Assembly (NCBI RefSeq): GCF_039596235.1
Contig: NZ_JBCNKE010000008.1
Span: forward strand, 125,946-189,945
Length of the DNA: 64,000 nt
Source of the DNA: Sphingobacterium sp.
Lineage (GTDB): Bacteria > Bacteroidota > Bacteroidia > Sphingobacteriales > Sphingobacteriaceae
Direction of reading: 5' to 3'
The notes below the pieces were generated by a model. The model made no database searches, had not been told where the DNA came from, and worked only from the letters and a program-made list of their open reading frames with translations. Shown in pieces: positions 27,939 to 38,023 of the stretch (its first letter is position 1; every line of letters begins with the position of its first letter). A program made the position numbers and the translations under genes.

Positions 27939-30071
27939 CTACGACAACAACGTAAAATCAATCTGTCGTTTATCCAGATCCACTTTCTTCACCCGGATCT
28001 GTACCTCATCGCCCAACTGGAATTTCTTTTTCTTCCGTTGACCTATAATCGCATAGTTCTTCTCATCCAGTACATAGAAATCATCCGTGATATCGCGCAA
28101 GCGTACCATACCCTCACACTTGTTTTCTTCAATTTCCACATACATACCCCATTCAGTTACACCCGAGACAATTCCGGTGTATTCTGTGCCGATCTGATCC
28201 TGTAGGTATTCGGCTTGTTTGTATTTGATGGATGCACGTTCTGCCTCAGCAGCCTTTTTCTCCATCTGCGAGGAGTGCTCCGCCATCTTCTCGTAGTGCT
28301 CGGCATTGACCTTAGTGCCTCCATCCAGATAGAACTGCAAAAGACGGTGAACCATCACATCCGGATACCGACGGATCGGGGAGGTGAAGTGGGTATAATA
28401 GTCAAATGCTAATCCATAATGGCTTGTTTTCTTCGTTGTATAGATGGCCTTGGCCATGGAGCGCACAGCCAGAGAGGTCAGCATATTTTGTTCCTTGCTA
28501 CCTTCAATCTTAGTCATTATCGCATTCAGGGATTTCGCTGTTTCCTTATCTGTTTTAATGGTCAACTTATGGCCAAAACGTGCCGCAAACTGCGAAAATG
28601 TAGTCAACGTCTCAGGGTTCGGAACATCGTGAAAACGGTATACAAAGGTTAGTTTGTTTTTGCCGCGGCCTTGTTTTCCAATATATTCAGCCACTTTACG
28701 GTTAGCAAGCAACATAAAATCTTCAATCAACTTGTGTGCATCCTTCCTTACTTTGGTATACACGCCTGTAGGTTTACCATTTTCATCCAGGGTGAATTTA
28801 ACCTCCTCACTTTCAAAGGCAATCGCGCCATTTTTAAACTTACGCTCCCGAAGGATATAAGCGAGTTCATTCAATTTTAGGATTTCATGACTGAAATCAC
28901 CGGATTTGGTCTCGATGACTTCCTGCGCCTCCTCGTAGCTAAACCGTCTGTCCGAATGGATAATTGTACGGCCAAACCATTGCTCATGGATATTGGCCTT
29001 TTCATCCATTTCGAATACTGCCGAAAAACAAAGTTTATCTTCATGTGGACGCAATGAACAAACGCCATTGGACAAACGCTCTGGAAGCATTGGAATAACG
29101 CGGTCGACTAAATAGACTGATGTCGCTCGGTTGAAAGCTTCCTTATCCAGCTCGGTATCTGGAATCACAAAATGCGATACATCGGCAATATGCACACCAA
29201 TCTCATAATTACCATTCTCCAGCTTCTGGAAAGAGATGGCGTCGTCAAAATCTTTGGCGTCCGCAGGGTCAATCGTAAATGTGGGGACGGCTCTGAAATC
29301 ACGTCTTTTCGCCATCTCTTCCTTACTGATTTTCTCCGTGATTTTATTGGCCTCAGCTTCTACTTTCTTTGGGAATTCCAATGGAAATCCATAGTCAGCC
29401 AAGATTGCATTCATCTCAGTATTGTTTTCGCCCTTGGTGCCCAGCACATGTTTGACTGTTCCCACCGGATTCTTACTGCCACTTGGCCAGTCGATAATTG
29501 AAACCACGACTTTCTCTTTATCTTTAGCACCGTTCAGGTTGTCCAACGGAATAAAGATGTCGTGCAACATCTTGCGGTCATCAGCAATAAAAAATGCGAA
29601 ATTATTTGAAATGCTGATCGTTCCGGTAAAGTCTGTTTTGGCGCGTTGAAGGATTTCAACAACTTCACCTTCTTTTTTGCGGCCACCTTTTCTCTTTTCA
29701 AAAGTGTGTACTTTAACAATATCTCCGTGTAGGGCCTGTCTGAGTTTACGCGGCGCAACATAGATGTCGTTTTCAAATTCATCATCCGGAATAATATAGG
29801 CGGAGCCATCTGCTGTCATATCCACCTTTCCCGTGACATATACTTTGATCTGCTTAAGGTTAAATTTCCCGCGCTCTACTTCCACGAAAAGTCCGCTTCG
29901 CACATTGTCCTGTAAAATATCAGCAATGGCAACTTTGGAATCGTTGTCCGTCAGATTCAATTTGGAAGAAACTTGTTTATAGTTGAGCGGCTTGTTTCCT
30001 GATTTTTCGAAAATATCGATAATCAGTTGCGTTAATACCTCTTTATAGGGATTTTCTTTTCTTGTCTTCAT
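27939..30071 (-). CDS. rnr: Ribonuclease R
   Basis: TIDPADAKDFDDAIS catalytic motif, HFTSPIRRYPD, C-terminal S1 domain. Confidence 0.97.
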   Translation of the reverse strand: MKTRKENPYKEVLTQLIIDIFEKSGNKPLNYKQVSSKLNLTDNDSKVAIADILQDNVRSGLFVEVERGKFNLKQIKVYVTGKVDMTADGSAYIIPDDEFENDIYVAPRKLRQALHGDIVKVHTFEKRKGGRKKEGEVVEILQRAKTDFTGTISISNNFAFFIADDRKMLHDIFIPLDNLNGAKDKEKVVVSIIDWPSGSKNPVGTVKHVLGTKGENNTEMNAILADYGFPLEFPKKVEAEANKITEKISKEEMAKRRDFRAVPTFTIDPADAKDFDDAISFQKLENGNYEIGVHIADVSHFVIPDTELDKEAFNRATSVYLVDRVIPMLPERLSNGVCSLRPHEDKLCFSAVFEMDEKANIHEQWFGRTIIHSDRRFSYEEAQEVIETKSGDFSHEILKLNELAYILRERKFKNGAIAFESEEVKFTLDENGKPTGVYTKVRKDAHKLIEDFMLLANRKVAEYIGKQGRGKNKLTFVYRFHDVPNPETLTTFSQFAARFGHKLTIKTDKETAKSLNAIMTKIEGSKEQNMLTSLAVRSMAKAIYTTKKTSHYGLAFDYYTHFTSPIRRYPDVMVHRLLQFYLDGGTKVNAEHYEKMAEHSSQMEKKAAEAERASIKYKQAEYLQDQIGTEYTGIVSGVTEWGMYVEIEENKCEGMVRLRDITDDFYVLDEKNYAIIGQRKKKKFQLGDEVQIRVKKVDLDKRQIDFTLLS

Positions 30072-30348
30072 TCGTGTTATTATTTACTCATCTGTGTTCG
30101 CAACCAGGTCATTTGAACGATACCTGCTGTGCTGTGCCTGCATTACAAACTAGTAGGCCCAATTCTTTACAGGGGTATTAGCCCGCTATATCTAATAAAC
30201 CGACAATTTGCGTAATCTTTATCCGTTGATACAAGGTACAAAAAAAACAGCAGTCATCAGTGTAATAGTCCAGCTAATCGGAGCAAATCCGATTTCCAAA
30301 CTATAGACAGACCAAGCGAAAAATTGTTTTAAAGCTGTATGTTGTGAT

Positions 30349-30777
30349 TTATTTTTTACAGTGATTACATACGCCAAGCGCGTTTACGGCAATTGCCTCA
30401 AGAATAAAACCGTCGGGGATAGACACTTTTGGTAATGTAATTTCGTCCAGGCAATAGACCGAGTTACATACCCGACAGATGAAATGTACGTGTTGGTCAT
30501 GATGGTCGTGTTCAGAGCAGTTGGTGGAACACATGGCATAGGTAGCGGTTCCATGCAGATCAAAGATCTTGTGGATAATACCTTTTTCCTCAAAACTGGC
30601 TAATACACGGTACAATGTCACACGGTCAATATCCTTACCCAATAATTTCTCCAGTTCCGGTTGGGAAATGGCCGAATCTTTCGTTGAAATAATTTCAAGC
30701 ACCTTTAAACGAGGTTGGGTAACTTTTAAACTATTTCGTTTCAGAATTTCTGGATATACGGTATTGGATTGTTCCAT
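30349..30777 (-). CDS. Fur-family transcriptional regulator
   Basis: KVTQPR, DRVTLYRVL, HDHHDQHVHFICRVC, C-terminal CNHC. Confidence 0.9.
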   Translation of the reverse strand: MEQSNTVYPEILKRNSLKVTQPRLKVLEIISTKDSAISQPELEKLLGKDIDRVTLYRVLASFEEKGIIHKIFDLHGTATYAMCSTNCSEHDHHDQHVHFICRVCNSVYCLDEITLPKVSIPDGFILEAIAVNALGVCNHCKK

Positions 30778-30907
30778 GGACTTCTTTCGTTAAACCTTAG
30801 ATCAACTACAAAAATAAGCAATTTATCCACATAAGAAAACCGATAAGGTTAAGATTATTGTCATCTTCCCCTTATCGGTTTGAACCTATATCTAAATACA
30901 GCCTATT

Positions 30908-31567
30908 TTATTTACCCGCAGCTTTCGCGTGGTCAGCTAAGAATGTTGCTAAACCGCTATCGGTCAATGGGTGTTTCAATAGGGATAAAATTGCCGATAA
31001 TGGACCTGTCATTACATCCGCACCGATTTTAGCACAACCCAAGATGTGCGCGCTATGGCGTACGGAAGCAGCTAAGATCTGTGTTGGGTATTGATAGTTA
31101 TCATAAATCAAGCGGATATCTTCGATTAATGCCAATCCGTCTGTAGAAATATCATCCAAACGACCGATAAAAGGAGAAACATATGTCGCACCAGCTTTTG
31201 CAGCCAACAAAGCTTGACCAGCAGTGAAAACTAATGTACAGTTTGTTTTGATGCCTTTTTTGCTGAAATATTTGATTGCTTTCACGCCATCTTTGATCAT
31301 AGGAACTTTGACCACAATTTTGCTGTCAAGTGCAGCCAATGCTTCGCCTTCTTTGATCATTTCTTCATAAGTTGTAGAAATAACTTCAGCGCTCACGTCG
31401 CCGTCAACAATTGCACAGATTGCTTTGTAGTGGTTGATTACGTTCTCCTCACCGCTGATACCTTCTTTAGCCATTAAACTTGGATTGGTTGTTACACCGT
31501 CTAATACGCCTAAGTCCTGGGCTTCCTTGATTTGCTCTAGGTTCGCTGTGTCAATAAAAAATTTCAT
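30908..31567 (-). CDS. tal: Transaldolase (TalC/FSA subfamily)
   Basis: [15 protein letters not shown], Schiff-base VVKVP; SPFIGRL has Phe as in transaldolases rather than Tyr as in FSA; TAACTTTG promoter at 31625-31632. Confidence 0.92.
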   Translation of the reverse strand: MKFFIDTANLEQIKEAQDLGVLDGVTTNPSLMAKEGISGEENVINHYKAICAIVDGDVSAEVISTTYEEMIKEGEALAALDSKIVVKVPMIKDGVKAIKYFSKKGIKTNCTLVFTAGQALLAAKAGATYVSPFIGRLDDISTDGLALIEDIRLIYDNYQYPTQILAASVRHSAHILGCAKIGADVMTGPLSAILSLLKHPLTDSGLATFLADHAKAAGK

Positions 31568-31747
31568 TGTATATGTTATTGAATGATAATTATTTGATTA
31601 TTTTAACGTTCAAAATAATAGCTGCAAAGTTATAGATTATATTCCAGTATTACACATCTATTTCGATGAATTAAATCATTATTTTTCCAAAATACAATCG
31701 CTTACGGTTATTTTTTGTTATACTTTTATAATATATCTTTATAATAT

Positions 31748-32968
31748 ATGCAGGTTTTTAGGGCGCTCCATTATAGAAACTTCCGTCTACATGTAATAGG
31801 ACAGGCAATTTCCCTGATGGGAACTTGGATGCAGCGGATAGCAATCAGCTGGCTGGTCTATGAACTGACAGGTTCCGTCTTCTGGTTGGGTTTTGTTCAG
31901 TTTATTTCCTTATTGCCCTCCTTGGTTTTGTCTCCATTTATCGGAAGTTTTGTTGATAAACACAAGAAGTATAAATTGGTGTTATTGACGCAGATCGGTC
32001 TGATGATACAGGCCGGAATGCTGACCTTGGTGGTCTACCTCAAGTGGGAGAGTGTGCTGTGGCTTTCAGTCCTCGGTTTGATACAAGGGGTCATCAATTC
32101 CTTCGATGTGCTCGGTAGACAGTCTTTGATGATGTATCTGGTCGGCGACCGTAAGGATCTGCCAAACGCTATTGCGCTCAATTCTACCATCTTTAACGGA
32201 GCCCGCATGCTTGGACCCGCCATTGGTGGGATTTTACTCAGTACCTATGGTGAACTGGTCTGTTTTGCTTTGAATTTTATCAGTTTCGTACCTGTCATCA
32301 TCACCCTTTTGATGATGCGGGTGGATGAAACCCATGTGCAGTTAAGCAAAGGGAGCAACTGGGAGGGACTGGTTGAAGGATTTCGCTATCTCAAACGTTC
32401 ACCGCATATCTCTTCCTTGATTATTATCATGACTTTTTCCAGTTTGATTGTCATTCCTTATACTTCACTCTTACCCGCCATCGCAAAAGAAATGTTTCAT
32501 GGGGACGAACGCATATTCTCCTGGTTTGAAAGTGCTGCCGGATTGGGAGCCATGATTGGTGCATTTAATATGGCACGACTGAAATCAGGAACGAATCTAC
32601 GCTATCAGGTGATGGGAGCTGCAGCGCTGATGGGGCTAGCGTTACTTTTTCTGGCGCATTCAAGTATGTTACAGATGGCCTTAGTTTATGTGATGCTGGT
32701 TTCCTTTGCCATGATGATGCAGAATTCCAGTATCAACACCTACATCCAGACACATGCCATACCGATCTACCGGGCACGGGCTATCTCATATTATGTCATG
32801 GCCTTTCAGGGGATATTTCCAATAGGAACACTCATGATCGGTTCCTTAGCCAGCTACTGTGGGCTCCGCACAACCTTATATCTCATGGGGGGGCTGGGAA
32901 TAGTCATTGCTTTGCTCTATTACACCTATCTACGGATGCATATTCATAAACGACTTTTTCGATTTTAG
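31748..32968 (+). CDS. MFS transporter (MFS_3/DUF894 type)
   Basis: FRALHYRNFRL, GTWMQRIA, NAIALNS, GPAIGG; about 12 TM segments. Confidence 0.9.
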   Translation: MQVFRALHYRNFRLHVIGQAISLMGTWMQRIAISWLVYELTGSVFWLGFVQFISLLPSLVLSPFIGSFVDKHKKYKLVLLTQIGLMIQAGMLTLVVYLKWESVLWLSVLGLIQGVINSFDVLGRQSLMMYLVGDRKDLPNAIALNSTIFNGARMLGPAIGGILLSTYGELVCFALNFISFVPVIITLLMMRVDETHVQLSKGSNWEGLVEGFRYLKRSPHISSLIIIMTFSSLIVIPYTSLLPAIAKEMFHGDERIFSWFESAAGLGAMIGAFNMARLKSGTNLRYQVMGAAALMGLALLFLAHSSMLQMALVYVMLVSFAMMMQNSSINTYIQTHAIPIYRARAISYYVMAFQGIFPIGTLMIGSLASYCGLRTTLYLMGGLGIVIALLYYTYLRMHIHKRLFRF

Positions 32969-33013
32969 TATTGAGTAGTTAGTATTTAGATTTTAGGAGT
33001 ACAAGCCGAGGGC

Positions 33014-33475
33014 TTACTTACTCTTGATTTTTCGGTCCCGCAAGCGTAATGTTTGTTTTGCGTAATCAATAACAGCTCCATAGTCGGCGAAAATATCACC
33101 CCCCAATACGCCGATCACAGGTTCCAGATCCATTTGTTGATAGGCATAGTTGATTGAACTTAGATCCAGTACGGCGGTTTTTAATTTATTGATGTGCCAT
33201 GTACCGATTGTCAAACGGGGAATTTCCATGTTAAAGCTTTCCATCGAGTTGGTACCAAGACCTGTAGATAAGGTTTCTGAGGGTTCCAACAGCAATTGAT
33301 CTTCCAAAAGATGTCCCAATTGTGTTTTGTCAAAAACGGTTTTAGACGCTCCTGTATCAATAACCATTTTAAAGCTGCGTTCGTATAGTGTCACATCTAC
33401 CAGAATATGTGTTCCTTGTCCCTGAAGATCTAATATTTGAAAAGGTACTGTTGTCATATTCCCAAACATAGCCAA
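33014..33475 (-). CDS. Retropepsin-like aspartyl protease
   Basis: MVIDTGAS catalytic motif; GVLGGD. Confidence 0.85.
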   Translation of the reverse strand: MAMFGNMTTVPFQILDLQGQGTHILVDVTLYERSFKMVIDTGASKTVFDKTQLGHLLEDQLLLEPSETLSTGLGTNSMESFNMEIPRLTIGTWHINKLKTAVLDLSSINYAYQQMDLEPVIGVLGGDIFADYGAVIDYAKQTLRLRDRKIKSK

Positions 33476-33544
33476 AAATTTAATTAAAAAAGAAGGTTGA
33501 AGTCGGCTTATCCTCCTACAAACGTAAAATCTTTTCTACAACAT

Positions 33545-33581
33545 GAGAAGAGGCTGTTATTTCTAATAACAGCCTCTTCTC
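33545..33581 (-). terminator. 17-bp perfect hairpin after mdh
   Basis: GAGAAGAGGCTGTTATT-tct-AATAACAGCCTCTTCTC. Confidence 0.7.
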
Positions 33582-33598
33582 GCACTTGTTTATGTTGA

Positions 33599-34537
33599 TT
33601 ACAATACCTTTATCTCTTTCAAAACATTATTCATGGCGCGCACGGCATCGGCACTTTTGTTGAACTTCTCCTTGTCTTCCTCATCCAGTTGCAAAGGAAT
33701 AATGCGATCCCAACCTTTTTTGTTAATAACAACAGGCACACCGAGATTAATGTCCTCCTGACCAAATTCACCTTCGAGGTAAACAGAAGCGGTAAATAAT
33801 TTACCTTGGTCACGGACAATACTTTCTACCACCGCGGCCGTAGCAGCACCGGGAGCATACCAAGCTGACGTTCCGATCAGGCTTGTTAATGTCGCTCCAC
33901 CTACCATCGTCTTTTGAACAATCTCTGCCTGCTCTTCGGCAGTAAGAAAATTACTGACCGGAACGCTGTTCCACGTGGAGTGCTTGATCAGTGGGATCAT
34001 GGTTGTATCACCATGACCACCAATGACAATGGCATTGAGATCAGCAGCCGAAGCATTTAATTTTTCACTCAATTGATATTTGAAGCGGGCTGAATCCAAA
34101 GTTCCACCCATTCCGATGATCCTATTCTTAGGCAAACCGCTCGATTTGAGTGCAAGGTAGGTCATCGTATCCATAGGGTTGGAAACAATGACAATAATGA
34201 TGTCAGGAGAGTGTTTAACCAAATTCTCTACAACTGATTTGACAATATTTGCATTTGTTCCGATCAATTCCTCCCGCGTCATTCCCGGTTTACGGGGGAT
34301 GCCAGAAGTGATGACCGCAACAGTAGAGCCGGCGGTAGACAGATAGTCATTGGTTACACCCTTTATTTTGGATTCAAAACCCAATAAGGCCGCTGTTTGA
34401 GCCATATCTTGCGCTTTCCCTTCTGCAAACCCTTCCTTGATATCCAATAACACAATCTCCTCAGCGACATTTCGACGGATTAAATTGTCAGCTGTAGTTG
34501 CGCCTACAGCTCCTGCACCAACAATAGTTACTTTCAT
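33599..34537 (-). CDS. mdh: Malate dehydrogenase (LDH-like)
   Basis: GAGAVG, PRKPGMTREEL, VSNPMD, LDSARF, GGHGD. Confidence 0.97.
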   Translation of the reverse strand: MKVTIVGAGAVGATTADNLIRRNVAEEIVLLDIKEGFAEGKAQDMAQTAALLGFESKIKGVTNDYLSTAGSTVAVITSGIPRKPGMTREELIGTNANIVKSVVENLVKHSPDIIIVIVSNPMDTMTYLALKSSGLPKNRIIGMGGTLDSARFKYQLSEKLNASAADLNAIVIGGHGDTTMIPLIKHSTWNSVPVSNFLTAEEQAEIVQKTMVGGATLTSLIGTSAWYAPGAATAAVVESIVRDQGKLFTASVYLEGEFGQEDINLGVPVVINKKGWDRIIPLQLDEEDKEKFNKSADAVRAMNNVLKEIKVL

Positions 34538-34896
34538 ATGTAAATTATTTGTTTATTCATGAGCTAATTTCCCCTTCTAAAGCATACATATTGCTTTCGG
34601 CAGTGTTTATGGCCGTACGGAATATCCAGTCTATTTTCACGAATGCTTGTGCTATTTTTAGACATGGATATTTCATGAGCATGTATGTGAATGATTAAAT
34701 ATTGCTTGAATTTAACGAATTATTGTCAGTAAATCAATCAATTTCACTGGAATAACTTGTTTTTTTAGGAAGATAAATGCGGGGTCAGGACTGATTGTGC
34801 TATTTTCTATGCTTGTTATACAAGATGGTTAATTGATTAGGTATCTTGCAAGTGTAAAATTCACCTGCAAGATACCCCGGAGACTTGGACCTATGC

Positions 34897-35367
34897 TTAC
34901 TTTGCAGGAACTTCTATCTCGATCGTTCCCTCTTCCAATGATAGGATGTTTTTGCCTTGTAGGCTGCCTGTTTTCTTTAAATTTTCGAAAAATTCTTCTG
35001 TCGTTCCTGCATGGGCAACTTGGATAGTTGACTTGTCTTTTTTAAATTTTAGGTTTGCGCCTTTTACGCCTTTGCATGAAGCTATGTTGTCTTTAAATTT
35101 ATCGACATCGTCATAGGATGCTATACCTACGACATGTATGGTAGTTGCTGGAGACATGGAACTATCGGCCTCTTTTTTGTCTTTCTTCTTGAATAGACCA
35201 CCAATTGTTTTAAGTGTCTTGCCAGCTCTGTTTACTGTTTCCGCTGCACCTTCAGCCGTATTTAACGCATAGTCTACCTTGGACTGCGCTAATGCATTGT
35301 GGCCTGTGGAGATTGTGATAAATACAATTCCCAATAGTCCACAAATCTTCATGATGTTTGATTTCAT
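34897..35367 (-). CDS. Secreted protein with HMA-like (ferredoxin-fold) C-terminal domain; start could be 35397
   Basis: Signal peptide ending ALAQ, Lys-rich linker, pattern IHVVGI..KGVKGANL..STIQVAH; no CxxC. Confidence 0.65.
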   Translation of the reverse strand: MKSNIMKICGLLGIVFITISTGHNALAQSKVDYALNTAEGAAETVNRAGKTLKTIGGLFKKKDKKEADSSMSPATTIHVVGIASYDDVDKFKDNIASCKGVKGANLKFKKDKSTIQVAHAGTTEEFFENLKKTGSLQGKNILSLEEGTIEIEVPAK

Positions 35368-35464
35368 AATTTTTTTGAATTTTAAATTGTTATTCATTTA
35401 ACATGTGTATAATATTCTTTGATCTGCTTTGAGAGATAAAGTTATGGCGACTAATGCTCAAAAG

Positions 35465-35487
35465 CGCTCCACCTTATAAGGTGGTCG
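35465..35487. promoter_or_regulatory. Candidate operator palindrome CCACCTTATAAGGTGG(AGCG), site 3
   Basis: Perfect 16-bp palindrome at 35469-35484; the minus strand reads CACCTTATAAGGTGGAGCG, 18/19 identical to site 2. Confidence 0.6.
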
Positions 35488-35716
35488 TTTTTTGGAGATC
35501 GCTTACCGGGTTAGACTTGAAGGAAAGAAACCGAAATGGACTATAAAAAGAATGAGCCCGATAAAATATCGAGCTCATTACCTTGATTATTATTTTGACC
35601 TTGTTCAACTTATAAACGGCTCTTTATGTTGAGAAAGCCTCTTGCTCCGGTGAATACCCAGTCACAGGCTGTTGCCGTTCATAGTATAGGTCGATACGTA
35701 CGACCTCAAAGCGCAG

Positions 35717-38023
35717 CTAGAATGGATAACCGATAGCCAGATTGAACATCAGGTTATCTTTGCGCCATTGGGAACTGCCAAAATCGATGTCCTTAAATAC
35801 CCAACGTTCCCCCTTAGGCAAATAGGGGATACGGAATGGAATCGAAAAATCTGTTCGGATGATCAGGAAGGTAAAGTCGAAGCGCAAGCCGGCTCCGCCA
35901 CCTACAGCGAGTTCATTCAAGAAGTTTTTGCTGAATTTAGCACCAGGTTTGTTCACATCTTCTCGTTGTAACCACACATTACCAGCATCGATAAATGCTG
36001 CCCAATGAACAAAACCAGCCAGTTTCGAACGATACTCTGTGTTTAGCTCCAACTTGATATCACCAGTCTGATCCGCATAAAATAGTCCGTTGCTCAATTT
36101 CTCTGGAGCAACTGTTCCAGGACCTATTGCACGGGCACCAAAAGCACGGATACTGTTTGGCCCACCAACATAATATTGTTTCAAATAAGGTAGGGACCGC
36201 GAGTTACCATAGGAATAACTCAATCCGAGACTGACCCGCGATGCCAATTGCGAATTCTCGGATAATTTCAAATAATGTCTACCATCACCGCTTAATTTAA
36301 TATACTGCGAGAAATAGGCATCGAATAATTTGAAAGTCTTGCCTTTATTAAAATCGGCTCCTTTGATCAAACCAAGGATATTCCCCGAAAGATCCAAATT
36401 GCCTTTGAAATAGAACGTATTCTTCAAATGTTGCTTCATCGTATTCTGGAACGTGAAGTTATAGTTGGGGCCGATTGTAAACTGAGGGTCGATCGCATGC
36501 CGCAACGCTGGAATGGTATCCATCTGCTTTTGGTAATTTTCCGAAATGCCTTTAGGCTGCACATAGGTAATTTCCAACAAAGCAAGGTCATGTTGTTTTT
36601 CTTCAGACTCTTGCCAGATATAACCATAATCCAATGCAATCGAATTCAAGGTATAGGCTTTACGACGGTTTAAGAATTCATAACGTCCTTTGACATAGGT
36701 TTTGGGAATAAAACGACGGGAAGGATCAATGCTTCCGAAAGGACTAAGGATACGTGGAAAAGTCAATGTCGCTTCAGCACCATAGCGGTAATAACTGGAA
36801 TTTAGATCCGCATTTCCTCCAGTCTGGGTCTCATAACCGCCAAAGACATTAAAGCTCAATTGCTCCGCACCCTTAAATGCATTACGCAGTGTCCAGTTGA
36901 CATTGACCTCCGTACCGTTGTACACAGAAGCCATTTTTCCCAGTAGCTCTACCCGCAAGGATTTTTTTGGCAGTGGCGTTAGGTAATAATAGACATCAAG
37001 CGCATTTGGCACTTCTTTGCTATCCACAAAGTTGTTCTTTACAAATTTCCAGCTGTTCAGATTGACCAAATGGCTGATCGTCTGGTTGTGCGCTGTACGA
37101 TTATATGTATCTCCGGGATGGAAAAAGATATGTTTTGCGATAACGGGTTTGCGAAAGGTATGTCTCCGGTCTATAAAATAGTAACTGCTATCAAACAACT
37201 CTGCATTTCGGGTAGACCGTTGGTAACCTGAACTTGTTTCTGTATAATTCGGAAAAATATAGATCTTATTGATTTTGGAAGGAACCTTCGCTTGTGCTGG
37301 CGTTTCCTTTTTTACCGTTACATACATGTCGACCCTGTTGTTTCGGTGTGAACTGTCGACTTGTACAAGGATATAATCAGGACTAAAATAGTAATACCCT
37401 TTGTTTTTAAGATCATTGTCAATGCGATCTCGCTCATTTAATATGACGTCCAAGCTGTAATTTTTCCCGACCTGAAGCAGACTTTTGTCGGATGAAGAAC
37501 GTATATCCCGACCCAGTTGTGTTGTGCTGTCAACGTCGAACTTGACCGATCTGATCCGGTAGATCAGGTTCGGTTTGGCCGTGTAGTTTATTGTTGCTTT
37601 CTTTTCCTCAACCAATGTATCTGATTTTACCTCGGCATTAAAAAAACCAATGTTTTCCATGCGGTTACGCAACAGATTCTCGTTGTATTCGCGGTTGACA
37701 TCACTTAGCAATACAGGTTCTTCACCAATTTTCTTGAAGAATTTTTTGATGATATTTTTATTGGCCGAATCACCGGCCATATTATTAAAATATAACTTAA
37801 ACGGTACACCTGCCAGACGCTTATTGGGTTTAGGCATCAATGATGATTGGAGATAGGTTGCTAGTTTTTCCTTATTCTCCTTGGAAATCGTATCTGAATC
37901 TATAATGACATTACCCTTGACGTATAGGCTTTCACCTTCTTTCAAATTCTTGGTGGAAGAACAGGACGTGATAATCGTCGTTAACGTTACTATTGCAATG
38001 GCAAATTTCAGTTTAGCCCACAT
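35717..38023 (-). CDS. BamA/TamA (Omp85) family lipoprotein, TamL-like
   Basis: Lipobox ITSC, POTRA-like region, YYVGGPNSIRAF, FIDAGNVW, terminal LAIGYPF; start may be 38023-38047. Confidence 0.9.
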   Translation of the reverse strand: MWAKLKFAIAIVTLTTIITSCSSTKNLKEGESLYVKGNVIIDSDTISKENKEKLATYLQSSLMPKPNKRLAGVPFKLYFNNMAGDSANKNIIKKFFKKIGEEPVLLSDVNREYNENLLRNRMENIGFFNAEVKSDTLVEEKKATINYTAKPNLIYRIRSVKFDVDSTTQLGRDIRSSSDKSLLQVGKNYSLDVILNERDRIDNDLKNKGYYYFSPDYILVQVDSSHRNNRVDMYVTVKKETPAQAKVPSKINKIYIFPNYTETSSGYQRSTRNAELFDSSYYFIDRRHTFRKPVIAKHIFFHPGDTYNRTAHNQTISHLVNLNSWKFVKNNFVDSKEVPNALDVYYYLTPLPKKSLRVELLGKMASVYNGTEVNVNWTLRNAFKGAEQLSFNVFGGYETQTGGNADLNSSYYRYGAEATLTFPRILSPFGSIDPSRRFIPKTYVKGRYEFLNRRKAYTLNSIALDYGYIWQESEEKQHDLALLEITYVQPKGISENYQKQMDTIPALRHAIDPQFTIGPNYNFTFQNTMKQHLKNTFYFKGNLDLSGNILGLIKGADFNKGKTFKLFDAYFSQYIKLSGDGRHYLKLSENSQLASRVSLGLSYSYGNSRSLPYLKQYYVGGPNSIRAFGARAIGPGTVAPEKLSNGLFYADQTGDIKLELNTEYRSKLAGFVHWAAFIDAGNVWLQREDVNKPGAKFSKNFLNELAVGGGAGLRFDFTFLIIRTDFSIPFRIPYLPKGERWVFKDIDFGSSQWRKDNLMFNLAIGYPF

